Assembly: GCF_009914755.1 (NCBI RefSeq)
Contig: NC_060935.1
Length of the DNA: 64,000 nt
Strand: one strand, 5' to 3'
From: the human T2T-CHM13v2.0 reference genome, Homo sapiens
How positions within the stretch are numbered: the stretch's first letter is position 1; each line of letters opens with the position of its first letter. Positions 14,266-26,100 of the stretch are shown here, piece by piece. The translations under genes were made by a program, and so were the position numbers. The notes under the pieces were generated by a model that saw nothing but the letters and a program-made list of their open reading frames with translations, was not told the origin of the DNA and searched no databases.

Positions 14266-15524
14266 GTAAGTGCCTGGAGACCCAGGGCAGGAGATGGTCC
14301 GGCCAGACTTGGGAAATTCGGACGAAGGAACAACACCTGTGAATACTGGGTGCAGATTGCACCTAGGGCCGTATAGGTCATTTTTACCTCTGCATGTACC
14401 AGGCCTCTGCAGAATGAATCAGGACACAAGTCACCCAAAAAGAATTTGTTGGGTGATGTTTTCAGAGCACTTCCTATGTTCATTAAAAGCCCAGAAGGAA
14501 CTGTTAAAAAAATGTGATTATGAAGAGAAGCATCAGGCGTCCTGCTCCCCGACCCCCTCACACACACAGCCTTTTGCCTTTCTTGGTGACACTCCTAAAC
14601 TGTCCATTGTGGGATGTTGCTTGTAGTGGGGATGGAAGGGGCTTGAATTGAGAGGGAACCAGGGAAGATAACGTCATATGGACAGGGATGTGGGCCACTC
14701 TGGGGACTTTGAAATGACATTTATTCCTTTGAGCAAACTTGAAACAACTCATTGGCTGCTTCCAGAAAGCTATCAATGGATATCATGATGTTAGTCAACT
14801 TTCCTAAGAGTCTGAAAAAAAAAATTGTAACATTCACCATAGAGTGATGATTTCATCAAAGAAAATTAGATAGATAGATGCCAGAAGTTAGGTAAAAATT
14901 ATCTGCATTTCCTTCATCTTCAGCAGCAGAATGGCCAGTGGATTGCAAATGTTTATGAACTTTAAGAAGATGCATTTGGACCCTACATGTGAACATTTAC
15001 ATTACATGTGTGCCCAAGCATGTACACACACAAGCTCTTAATTTTTCTCTGTTCTTAAGCTGTCAGGTTGGTTGTTAATTTCATTTGTTTATACCCAGCT
15101 ATTTTTACCTGCAAGAGGTGGGAGATTTCCAAAGTTTTAGTCTTTTTCCCATCACACCTCAAGGAACATGCTATGGCCCTACAAAACCAGGTATTGTAAA
15201 TACGCAGCATCTGGGCCACTTATAAAAGCATTTTACAAACCCAACTCAGGAAGCAACTCTTGTTTTCTGGGCAGAAAGACTGAGATGGCCTAAAGATGTG
15301 ATGGGTAAACCTTCATTGATTTAAAAAAAATAACTGGTTGTGGACGTACAGAGCACTTCTCTTTCAGCCTCTTCATTTTTTAAACCAAGAAGCTGAAGCT
15401 TGAGGGGTCCAGTGGCTTGTTCAAAGTCACACGGCAGGTTATGGTGACAGCCATGAGGTTGAGGTCCCCTGACTTCCTGTCCAGCGCTCCTTTCCTCTCT
15501 TTTACTTACTACAGCCTACCAGAG

Positions 15525-15740
15525 AATAATAGCATTGTGCTTAAAAGAGTATGGATTCTCAAGCCATGCCTCAGGGGTTTGAGCCTCAGATCTTTTACTT
15601 ACTGTGTGACCTTAAGCATGTTAGTTCATTTCTCTGTGCCTCAGTATCTCCGTTTATAAAATAGGGCTGCTGTGAAGATCAAATTGTTTAATATATGTAA
15701 ATTACTTAGACTAGTGCCTGGCACACAATAAGCACTTTGA
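15525..15740 (+). mobile_element. MIR
   Basis: Core tgtgtgaccttaagcatgtt...tctctgtgcctcagtatctcc...tataaaataggg and end tagtgcctggcacacaataagc. Followed by (GAT)n(ATT)n. Confidence 0.8.
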
Positions 15741-17191
15741 TGATGATGATAATGATGATGATGATTATTATTATTACTGTTGTTGTTATCACCACCCATT
15801 AGACAGCCAGTGAAGAAAGATCATGTATTTTATGCCCCTTGGCTCTACAATTTGAGAATCTGAATGTCTTCTCAAAACCAGTCACAGTCACTGAATTTTC
15901 TCTTGGGCACAATTCTGCCAGCAGACATGCAAACCCCATAATTAGAGGCCTCTGAGGTTGACACTAATGCATTGATAACTGCTGTTGATTTGGACCCTCT
16001 GCTCAGTTATGGATACATGTGATGGCCACTAGGCCTGGATCTTTTCATCCCAGCTTAATGATGTGCATGTCATAGAGACAGATTCCAAATCTGGGATAGA
16101 TTCAATTTATCACCCCCTTTTCCTCCCAGGCCCATCACCTTGTCAAAGAAGGAGAGCAAATCAGCATCTTCCTTGTCCAGAAATGGATGCTGTATTTTGG
16201 TAGTTAAAGGAATGGACCTTGCTGGCATTTGGATTGGAAGAGAGCCCTGAACTGTTCTCTATAATTTGCTGCCTTGTGGAGCCTGACACAGATTGTCTTG
16301 TAATTTTCTTCCTCCTTCTATTGTGGGTGGCTGGTTTAAATGAAGAAAGCACAACCCAGAAGCCATACGTTTTTCTTTTGTAAATTACACGACATTCTTT
16401 TAAAGATTATTTTTAAGAAAGCATAATAAAAACAGAAAGTTCGGAAACGTTGGTGTGACATTCTCATCACTTGTTACTTATTTAGCACAGTCACCTGCTT
16501 ATATCTCCAACAGTTTGCAAGGTACATTAGCCACGTTCCCTTCTGAAAGACCAGACTGCCTTTGCCCTATAGGGCAGGACCTGGTTCATGTTAGTGGCCA
16601 TACAAGGCTTCAAAATTACATATCTCTCAAGAAAGGCATGGATTTACAAAAACATGCTGTCAGATGCAGGTTGACAGTGTGGAAAGGCGTTGGGAGCAGC
16701 TGCTTCCCCTTCCACCCTGTCCGTCCCAGCTCAGCCTCTTCAGGAACTTGCTCTCTTATCTAGCTGGACACCAGCTGAAGGGCAGCGTAGGCCACTGGGT
16801 TCCCCAGGACTGGAGCTAGACTCAGGGCACTGAGAACTGGCGGAGGCACCCACACAGAGGAACCAAAAGGGTATAGGCATAATTAAGGCCGAGCCACATT
16901 GCTAAGAGCACGGAGTCAGGCCTAGGCCTGAACAGAGACAGGACAGACTAGGGAGAAGGAGGCCTTGGAGGAAGGTCTCAGGTGATTCAGGTGAGTGCCA
17001 GGCTCCACAGTATCTATAGTCTACTGTTGTGGGCTTGTCTCAGAATGGGATGCAGGTGGGCCTGGCTAGCTCAGAGGCCCGGAGGTGATGCCTGTGATGG
17101 CTTTTTTAGAAGTGATAACCTCCTGGTGAAAGTCTCCCACCTGCCGGCCCCACTGGGTCAGGTTTGGGCCTGAGACTGCCTCTCTCCCCAG

Positions 17192-17409
17192 GTGAACAAA
17201 GCCCTGAAGCAGAAGTCAGACATCGAGCACTATCGGAACAAGCTGCGCCTCAAAGCCAAGAGGAAGGGATATTACGACTTCCCTGCAGTGGAGACGAGCA
17301 AGGGTCTGACCGAAAGAAAAAAGATGTATGAAAAAGCCCCGAAGGAAATGGAGCATGTTTTGGATCCAGATTCAGAACTCTGTGCTCCATTCACCGAGTC
17401 TAAAAACAG
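17192..17409 (+). CDS. KIAA1549L: KIAA1549L internal coding exon (VNKALKQKSDIEHYRNKLRLKAKRKGYYDFP...FTESKNR)
   Basis: Acceptor tctctccccAG and donor CAG|GTGCAG at 17410. 218 nt, phase 0 to 2. Contains the family motif KSxIEHxRNKxRLxAKRxGxYxFP. Confidence 0.95.
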
Positions 17410-18185
17410 GTGCAGTCTCTAAGGGATTCTGTAAAGGGTGCTGTATCATTGGTGGGATAAGGGCAGGCCTTGGGCAGTATATCCTGGTTCCTTATCTGGT
17501 ACTGTAGGATTGTGATCTTTGCAGTCCACTGATTTGTACCACGCTGGTCTGTGCAAGCAGGTGCTCTATAATGAGTCTGAAAGAGAGTAACATTAAAGCC
17601 ATTAAAAAAAAAAATACTTGGGCAAACAACCATAATTGTCCATCAGCTTAATGGTATTTTCAAACCAGTTGCTTTTTCAGAGCTGAATGAAGATTATAAT
17701 TATCACCTACCTAATGGTGCAACTTCCAGATCAAGGGACATTGTATTGTTCAATTGTTTTAGAGGCTCTTGCATAAGAAAACCAAATTTCATGCTGCACC
17801 TTTTCATTCAGCCTCAGTAAGTACTTACTGCACAGGTGCTCAGAGCTCCATGCTGGTTTATCTCATTCATTCACAGACTTGTTCATTTATTCAACATATA
17901 TTGTCACCTGCTATGTATTAGGTACCATTCAAGATGCTGAATGCTGTCATGCTCATGTGGGCTTATTCATTCATTCAATTCAAATTCCTTCAACATTTAA
18001 TTGTGGACAAGACAGTCCTATTGCTGCTCTTATGGAACTTAGGGTCTAATGGGAGAGAAAGAATCACCCCAAAAGTTTATTAATGACAAGTGTGGTAGGT
18101 GTTTGAAGTATGAGGTGCTGTAACGATCTAAAAGGGAGTCCTGTCCCAGCAAGGAAGGGCTAAGCCAGATGGTTTAAATTGGCAT

Positions 18186-18508
18186 CTGTCTTAGTTCTTT
18201 TTGTGCTGCTATAACAGAATACCTGAGACTGGGTAATTTGTAATGAACAGAAACATATTTTCTCACAGTTCTGGAGGCTGGGAAGTACAAGATCAAGGTG
18301 CCAGCATCTGGCAGGGCCTCCTTGCTGCATCATCCCATGGCAGAAGGCAGAGGGCAAAGAGAGAGCAAGAGCAGGCCAAATAATGCCACCCATGAGGAGG
18401 AGCCCTCATGGCCCTGTCACCTCCCAAATGTCCCACCTCCTGACACCACCATGACAGGAACCAAATTTCAACATGAGGTTTGGAGGGGAAAAACATTCAA
18501 CCATGGCT
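18186..18508 (-). mobile_element. MaLR MST-type solo LTR
   Basis: tgtcttagt...gctgctataacagaatacctgagactgggtaattt...ttcaacatgaggtttggagggg. Confidence 0.8.
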
Positions 18509-19837
18509 GCAGCCTTCCAAGCTTTGTTGCTGACTAAGCAGAGTGATTTCACATGCACGGTCAAAGGCAGAGGTTAGTGAACCCAAACATGTCCACCTTT
18601 CTTCCTTTCCCACCTACCTGAAGCACTTTCATGATTTGAGGCCACCTCTTTCCCATACACAGTCTCCTTGGTGACTTCCCTCTGGCCTTGAGCATGCTCC
18701 CACCCCGACATGCCACAGAGCCATGACAGACACATTCTCCACAGACTGGGAGCCATAGGGCAGTTTCTGGCCTGAGTAAGTACTTATTAAAAGCAAAAAT
18801 GACTTTGTGACAGGCTTGGATCAAAGCCACAGAATCAAGCTGGGAGGTGGGGCTGAATTTTATGAATTGGATCAACATAATTTATTTTCAATAAAGAAAA
18901 GAGGAAATTCTCAACCAGTGCTTAATTTACCATGCTTCTAATTAGGCTTTGTTGGTATGACAAGCTATTGATATCAAATCACACCATGACAGGGTTCACA
19001 ATGCATGTGTCACTGTGTTAATACCTGTAGAAAAAAAAGAAAAAAGTTGGGGAGTTTATAGGGAGGCTGATTGGTTCTTTAGCTTTTATTTTGTACTTCA
19101 GGGAGTTTTACTTCAGTGGTCTTTGGGATAGGAGCTGGGATGGGAGCTGTTTTTCCTGGATTTCATGCTGACACTCAGGGAAAATGAATCAAAGCCACGA
19201 AATCAAGGTGAGAGGTGGGGCTAAATTTTATGAATTGTGTTAACATAATCATTTTCATGTACAAATTAAAGAAACTTAGGAAGTTACTTGAGAAACAAAA
19301 ATTTCAGTTAAGGCTTTTTATGAAAAGAGAATGAATGAAGAATGAACCAAACTTGTTTCTGTAGAGAGGCATCACCTCTGCCTAGCACAGGTGCAGGCCA
19401 GATTCTTGGGGCCTTTTGTTGACCTGCTAATGCCACGTGTATTGTAGCTAATTCTCAGCAAATGTTCATTGAATAAATGGTTTCATGATCATAAAGCACC
19501 AAAAACAACTTTTAAAACATTTTTGACCAGTTAAGGGGAAAATAATGGAGAGCCATAAACTGGGTGAGCTAGGAATAGGAATGGAGAGAGGATCAGCCAG
19601 AGATGAGAATGGGGAGGGACAGACAGAAAAAAGAGAGTGACAACCTCGGTAAGCTCAGAGGTATTATTCTTGACACACTCTGCTGTTGACTCCAGAGACT
19701 GCTGACTGTTTATCTGCTATCACAGGTTAGAGTTACCTGTTAATTACTGTTCACAGTATAACCCTCCAGAGGTTCTGCTTTCAGTGACCAAGCCACAGCA
19801 GGACAAGTGAAGGAATCATGCTCTAGTCCAGAGGTAG

Positions 19838-20017
<180 letters not shown>

Positions 20018-20041
20018 TAAAAAATACCTGAGACTGGGTAG

Positions 20042-20854
20042 TTTTTTTTTTTTTTCTTTTCTTTTAGGTTTGAAGTTACATGTGCAGGTTTGTTATATCG
20101 ATAAACTTCTGTCATGGGGTTGGTTGTATGGATTATTTCATCACTCAGGTATTAAACCTATTAGCCAATAATTATTTTTTCTGCCCTCTCCCTCCTTTTA
20201 CCCTACACCCTGAAGTATACCCCAGTGTCGGTTGTTCCATTTATATTCATGAATTCTCATCATTTAGCACCCACTTATAAGTGAGAACATATGGTATTTG
20301 GTTTTCTGTTCCTGTATTAGTTTGCTAAGGATAATAGCCTCCAACTCCATCCATGTTTCTGCAAAAGACATGATCTTGTTCTTTATTATGGCTGCATAGT
20401 ATTCCATGGTGTATATGTATCACATTTTTTTTCATCCAGTCTGTCATTTATGGGCATTTAGGTTGATTCCATATCTTTGCAATTGTGAACAGTGCAGCAG
20501 TGAACATTCTCATGCATGTGTCTTTATGGTGGAATGATTTCTGTTCCTCTGGGTATATAATAGTAATGGAATTGCTGGCTCAAATGGTAGTTCTGTTCTT
20601 AGCTCTTTAAGGAATTGCCATACTGCTTTCCACAATGGTTGAACTAATTTACACTCCCACCAACAGTGTATAAGAGTTCCCTTTTTCCTGTAACCTCACC
20701 AGCATCTACTATTTTTTGACTTTTTAATCATAGCCATTCTTACTGGTATGAGATGGTACCTCATTTTGGTTTTGATTTGCGTTTCTCTTGTGATCAGTGA
20801 TACTGAGCTTTTTTCATATGCTTGTTGGCCACATGTATATCTTCTTTTGAAAAG
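20042..20854 (-). mobile_element. 5'-truncated older L1PA (about L1PA13-16-like) 3' end
   Basis: Poly-T followed by gttacatgtgcaggtttgttat...tggctgcatagtattccatggtgtatatg. TSD gagactgggta at 20030-20040 / 20855-20865. Confidence 0.85.
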
Positions 20855-21973
20855 GAGACTGGGTAATTTATAAAGAAAAGAGGTTTAATTGGCTCACAGT
20901 TCTGCAGGCTGTGGAAGCAAAGCACCAGCATCTTCTTAGGCCTCAAGGAGCTTTTACTCATGGTGGAAGGAAAAGCAGAAGCAAAAGAGATCTGGGGCAG
21001 GGAGATGCCATACACTCTTAAACAACCAGATGTCGCGAGAACTCATTGTCACAGGGACAGCACCAACCCATGAGGGATCCACCCCCATGATCCAGTCACC
21101 TCCCACCAGGCCCCACCTCCAACACTGGGGATTACATTTCAACATGAGATATGGGTGGAGACAAATATCCAAACTAGATCAATCAGTAACCAGAATTTTA
21201 CCTTAAGACCTAAATTAAATCAAATAAAAGACAAAGTTTAGGTTCCAAATGTTGACTCATCACTAAATCTTTTAAAATCATTTTCAGAGCCTTAAAAAAA
21301 TCAGAACACTTCATTTTTACATTATAAACTCTTACCCAGAGACACAAAGTACATAACATAATTGAGATGGTTGCTGTTGGCGGCCCCAGTCCATGCCCTC
21401 AGCTCTCCCTGAGCCTGTCCAGGCCAGCAGCATCCTACTTGCTACAGGCATCTGTGACTCCAACTTAAAGGCTTTTTCTCGGCAGCCACCAACCAGAAGT
21501 GTCATGTAGTTAAGACACTGTGGAGCATCCTCAGTTTGTAACAGATGGAAACTGATGGATAAATACCCCTGGCAAGGGAACTGGAAGCGTAAGTTACACT
21601 GTTGCAATAACTACATTTTCTAGTTTCTATATTTGATGATTTGGACATCTGGGGCCTTGCTGACCCCAGAGAAACTGTCCTTCCCAGGCTACTGTCCTCC
21701 CCAGGCTAGTAAAGGACTCACTGGCAGACATGCCTTTCATGTGCAAAGCAGCCAGTGCAGAGGCCAAACATGAACTGCCTGCTCTATATGGTCTCACAGG
21801 GCTCTCCACCCTGAGTCACTGTCTGTCTGCCCTGATTACCCCAGGGCCAGGTACCAGACAACTCAGGACAGCCCTTGTGCCCCAGAATCTGCCAAAAGTA
21901 TGCAATCAAAATTAGTCACACTCCCCTGTGGTATGGCCTGTTCCCTCCTCTTGGGATCTGTGAGTGTAACAAG

Positions 21974-21974
<1 letters not shown>

Positions 21975-22016
<42 letters not shown>
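21975..22016. repeat. (TA)21 microsatellite
   Basis: 42 nt of perfect TA. Confidence 0.98.
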
Positions 22017-22054
<38 letters not shown>

Positions 22055-22348
22055 GTGTAGGGGCTGGGGGAGATGGAGTCTCCCTCTGTTGCCAGGCTGG
22101 AGTGCTGTGGCGCTATCTCGGCTCACTGCAACCTCTGACTCCCTGGTCCAAGTGATTCTCCTGCCTCAGCTTCCCAAGTAGCTGGGATTACAGGCACGCG
22201 CCACCACGCCCAGCTAATTTTTGTATTTTTAATAGAGACGGGGTTTCACCATGTTGGGCAGGATGGTCTCAATCTCCTGACCTCTTGATTGGCTTGCCTC
22301 AGCCTCCCAAATTGCTGGGATTACAGGCATGAGCCACAGTGCCGGGCC
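22017..22348 (-). mobile_element. AluS (Sc-like) with T37 tail
   Basis: Antisense Alu with ctgttgccagg and caggatggtctcaatctc. TSD caagctatat at 21970 / 22350. Confidence 0.92.
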
Positions 22349-23492
22349 TCAAGCTATATTTTTAATGGCAGTCTTGTCCTGATCTATTGGCCATGCCATA
22401 CCTAAATAATAAAACCTACCTTTTAAAACAACTGTCTCCCACACTTTTCCAGTGGGCTTGAGCCTCCGTTACCCAAAACACAAATCTACTCCATATCATA
22501 CCCTTTATTGATTTTCCTTCCTTCCCTCTGTCATTTCCCCACTCCCCAGCTAGTGCTTCCTGGAGCCACCTCCCAAATAAATGACTTACACTCAAATCAT
22601 TCTAGAACCTGCTTCTAGGGAACCCCACGTAAGGTAATAATATATAAAGATGGAGTTGCTCTGATGGAAGCTGGGCCTCCTCCCGCTCCTCAGTCCTTTC
22701 CAGGCCATCTCTGTGGAACCCCAGGGTTCCATAGAAAGAGAACATAATTTGAGAGTTACTTTCTTAAACTGTATTGGGATTAACCAGCAAGTAAAACTCA
22801 TCATTACCCACCCAGCAGTATTTTCAGAGGTAAGAAACTTACTTCTCAAGTTTGTATGCTTCAAAATGTATTGCCTTTAAAAAGTATATAGCAAAATATC
22901 AACAAGAAATGAATATACCTAATGGGATGCTATCTTATTAAAACAGGTAATTTCTCTACCTGAGAGTCTAATTTATTTTTACATAGATGCTTGCACACCA
23001 GGCCTGCATTGGTGGTCTGGAAATTGAAATCCATGTTAAACAGCAGCCTTTAAGCTGTATATTTTAAGGGGATGTTGCCTCCGAGACAAAAGTAGACTGG
23101 TATACACTTCAATGTCGACACTTTTACCTACATTTACAGTTCTTGACAGGGCTTACACACTCTCGCTATTGTACTTCTAACACTTGCAAAATAACCTACT
23201 TAAGTGTCAATTGCTAATCTTAGTATTTACTCCACCACCACCCTTATTAGTAAATCTTTTCTAAATGGGCTAATTGATAATCTCAAGACAGTTGTAAAGT
23301 CTGCCTTTTCCCAAAAACGATGTGTAATTAGGTCAAGGATGAGAATTCCTCTCGAGTCTGCAGAAGGTGTGAATCACTAGGAGCAGATTGTTTCAACAGC
23401 TCACTGAGGTTGTGCTTCCCTAAAGGAAGCCTCTAATTGCAGATAGCTATAGGGCACAGTTTATACTATTAGCTTGTGAGTGCCGTTATTAG

Positions 23493-24000
23493 AGTTAGTC
23501 AGACTTCTTTGGGCTGCAAATGATGGAAATCCAGCACAAACTGGTTAAATAAAAGGGGAATATATTATTGAGCATTATTGAAAGGTCCAGGCTTCGGCTT
23601 GGCTGGATCCAGGGGTCAGATGATGTCTCCTATGTTAGATCTTGCTCTCTTTTCACTCTCTGCTGCCCCCATTTTCAGGCAGGCTCTTACCTCATGGTGA
23701 CAAACCGGCTGCCAGCAACTCCTGGCATATATCCTATCTTCTTAGAAACCCCAATACCAAGAGAACGCCTCTTTCCTAGTTTCCCTAGCAAAAGCCCTGA
23801 GACTCAGTCCCACCAGAACAACTCAGGTCAGATGCCCAGCCCCTGACCCATCACTGTGGCCATGGGGATGTGATGCTGGGATTGGTCCAGCCTGAATCAC
23901 ATGCCTACCCCTGGAGGAAAGGGAGCCCCCAAGTGACATCATGATGCTCTTACCAAAGGAAGGTTATCACAGGTAATAGGCAAGCAAAGGCAACAGATGC
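23493..24000 (-). mobile_element. Old MaLR LTR (MLT1K/L-like)
   Basis: ggctgcaaatgatggaaatccagcacaaactggttaaataaaagggg...ggctggatccagggg...atcactgtggccatggggatg...gattggtccagcctgaatcacatgcc. Confidence 0.6.
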
Positions 24001-24295
24001 TCTTTGAGCAGGTATAAGCTCTTCATGGTGAAGGTCTAGAACCAGTGGTGTCTGCTGTATTCCCAAGGCTAATGGCAAGGGTAATGCTTTGCCTTAGAAT
24101 TCTACTGCCTCTCCTAGACTATGTATGATTGTAATTCTGTGACTAACTTACTGTGTGTCTATGAAAAAAAATGTGTAAGCCTGCCAGGTTTCTGGGGCTT
24201 CCCACATAGTCACTGGGAAGAAATAATACAGTCTCTTCACCTTCAACCCATGAATAGCTAGAATCTTAGAATAGAGACATTACATAGGCGGTGTT

Positions 24296-24588
24296 GGCGG
24301 GCACGGAGGCTCACACCTGTAATCGCAGCACTTTGGGAGGCTGAGGTGGGCAGATCTCTTGAGCCCCAGAATTCGAGACCAGCCTGGGCAACATGGTGAA
24401 ACCCTGTCTCTACAAAAATTACAAAAAAATTAGCCTAGCTTTGTGGTATGTGCCTGTAGACCCAGCTACTCAGGAGGGTGAGATGGAAGGATCACCTAAT
24501 CCAAGGAGGTCAAGGCTGCAGTGAGGTTATACCGCTGCACTCCAGCCAGGGTGACAGATTGAGATTCTATCAAAAAAAAAAAAAAAAA
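24296..24588 (+). mobile_element. AluJ
   Basis: Dimeric Alu with ttgagcccc, tctacaaaaa, gtcaaggctgcagtgag and an A tail. Confidence 0.9.
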
Positions 24589-24879
24589 GGAATGTTTGGA
24601 GAGTTTTCTGAAGATAGATAGTCTTAGAATGCAAGTTAATCACAGGGAGACTTATAGCTGGGTGAGAAGGAAGTGCTATCCCTTTGCCACCTTGCAGGAT
24701 CGTGTGGAACTCACTTGTCCCCAATAAGCCTCACCCCCACTTGTAAAATTACCTCTTGTGGAAGAAGAAAAGCATAGCCAATCTCCTCACTATGTTGCTA
24801 TTTACTTCCCACTCTTTGAAAAGATTTTTCTAATGACAAGTGGAGACAATACAGGGGTGACAAATGTATGAATTTTTTA

Positions 24880-25218
24880 GCAGCAGCTGAGTGGAGTCCC
24901 TGAATGTGCCACTCCCTGGGCCTGAAATGCTCTGTGCCCAGATCAATGTGTGACTGGCTCCACTTAGGACTCAGCTGAATTGTCACCTCCCCAGAGAGGC
25001 CTTCCCTGATCATCCTATCTAAAGTTGTCTCCCATCCTAGTCCCCGTTTGTCACAGCTTAATAGCACTTATCACTCTGAAATTACCATGTTAATTATCTG
25101 TCTCTCTCATTAGGATGTAATCTCTAGGAGAGGAGGGGCCATAATCTGTTTTGTTCACTGTGGATGTTCATCATCTTCCATGGTGCCTGGCACATAGTAG
25201 GCATTCGGTAAATGATGG
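24880..25218 (+). mobile_element. L2 3' end
   Basis: ctcagctgaattgtcacctccccagagaggccttccctga...gtgcctggcacatagtaggcattcggtaaat. Confidence 0.8.
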
Positions 25219-25227
25219 AAGCCTCGG

Positions 25228-25346
25228 TGGATGGATGGATGGATGGATGGATGGATGGATGGATGGATAGGTAGGTGGGTGGATGGATGGATGGACGGAT
25301 GGACAGATGGGTAGGTAGGTGGATGGATAGATGTGGATGGATGGAC

Positions 25347-25378
<32 letters not shown>

Positions 25379-25415
25379 AGGTGGGTGGGTGGATGTGAGG
25401 GTGGATGAATGGATA
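25228..25415. repeat. Compound (GGAT/GGAC/GGGT/AGGT)n tetranucleotide repeat
   Basis: About 190 nt of TGGA-type units directly after the L2 tail. Confidence 0.95.
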
Positions 25416-25970
25416 AGCCCCAAATTACATCTGGGTTTATGGCTTCTTAGTCCGGAAGGAAATCTACTGTGGTAATAGCAGAAAAGAAATCTATCCACAG
25501 TCATAATGTTAAGCAGCCCACTAGCTACAGGGTTTATTAACACATCATAGAATCCTGCGTGTGAAACCAGAAAGAGTAAAAGGAACAGGAGGTTGCTGAG
25601 TCAACAAAGTCAACAAAGGCAAGTTTGTTCCCATCAGCGTTAGCTGTCCTAGAGGGTCAAGGGAGAACCCCTGGTCTTGCCATCAGCAGAATTTTAAATG
25701 AGGTTGCAATGTTGCAATTGACTGTAGTTACCTAGTTTCCATATGAAAGAACACTTAACAATTCAGCCAAATGATTACAGCATCTGGAAAAAAAAAAATC
25801 TTTATTTCACTCTTTCTACAGCCCCTTATATCCTGGGAATAAATGCCATCAATTCTGAGATTTGTGAGGCAAATCCAAACCCTTCATTGGTTGCCTGTAC
25901 TTTGGATCAGTGGAGAATTCCATCTGTCAGGGCATTTGCTGCATCATAACAGTTGTTGAATTTTCTTCAG

Positions 25971-26100
25971 GCAACAGATGAAGAACTCTGTCTACCGAAG
26001 CCGGCAGTCTCTGAACAGCCCGAGTCCAGGGGAAACCGAGATGGACCTTCTGGTGACTCGGGAGCGACCCCGGCGTGGAATCCGCAACAGCGGATACGAT
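25971..26100 (+). CDS. KIAA1549L: KIAA1549L internal coding exon (RQQMKNSVYRSRQSLNSPSPGETEMDLLVTRERPRRGIRNSGYD)
   Basis: Acceptor ttttcttcAG and donor GAT|GTGAGT at 26101. 130 nt, phase 2 to 0. It is CpG-rich relative to its flanks and continues the frame of the previous exon. The ORF track shows a different frame here. Confidence 0.92.

Larger units (their letters stand above)
21600..22430 (+). mobile_element. ERVL-class solo LTR (MER74-like), split by an Alu
   Basis: gacatctggggccttgctgacccc...tgcctttcatgtgcaaa, ending aataataaaacctaccttttaaaaca. Confidence 0.6.

Noticed and set aside
13926-14567. 213-aa minus-strand ORF
   Set aside because: It is the antisense shadow of the real exon 14084-14265, with a non-ATG start and no recognisable domain.
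25124-25543. HPSI-repeat and WMDG-repeat ORFs
   Set aside because: They are translations of the (GGAT)n microsatellite.
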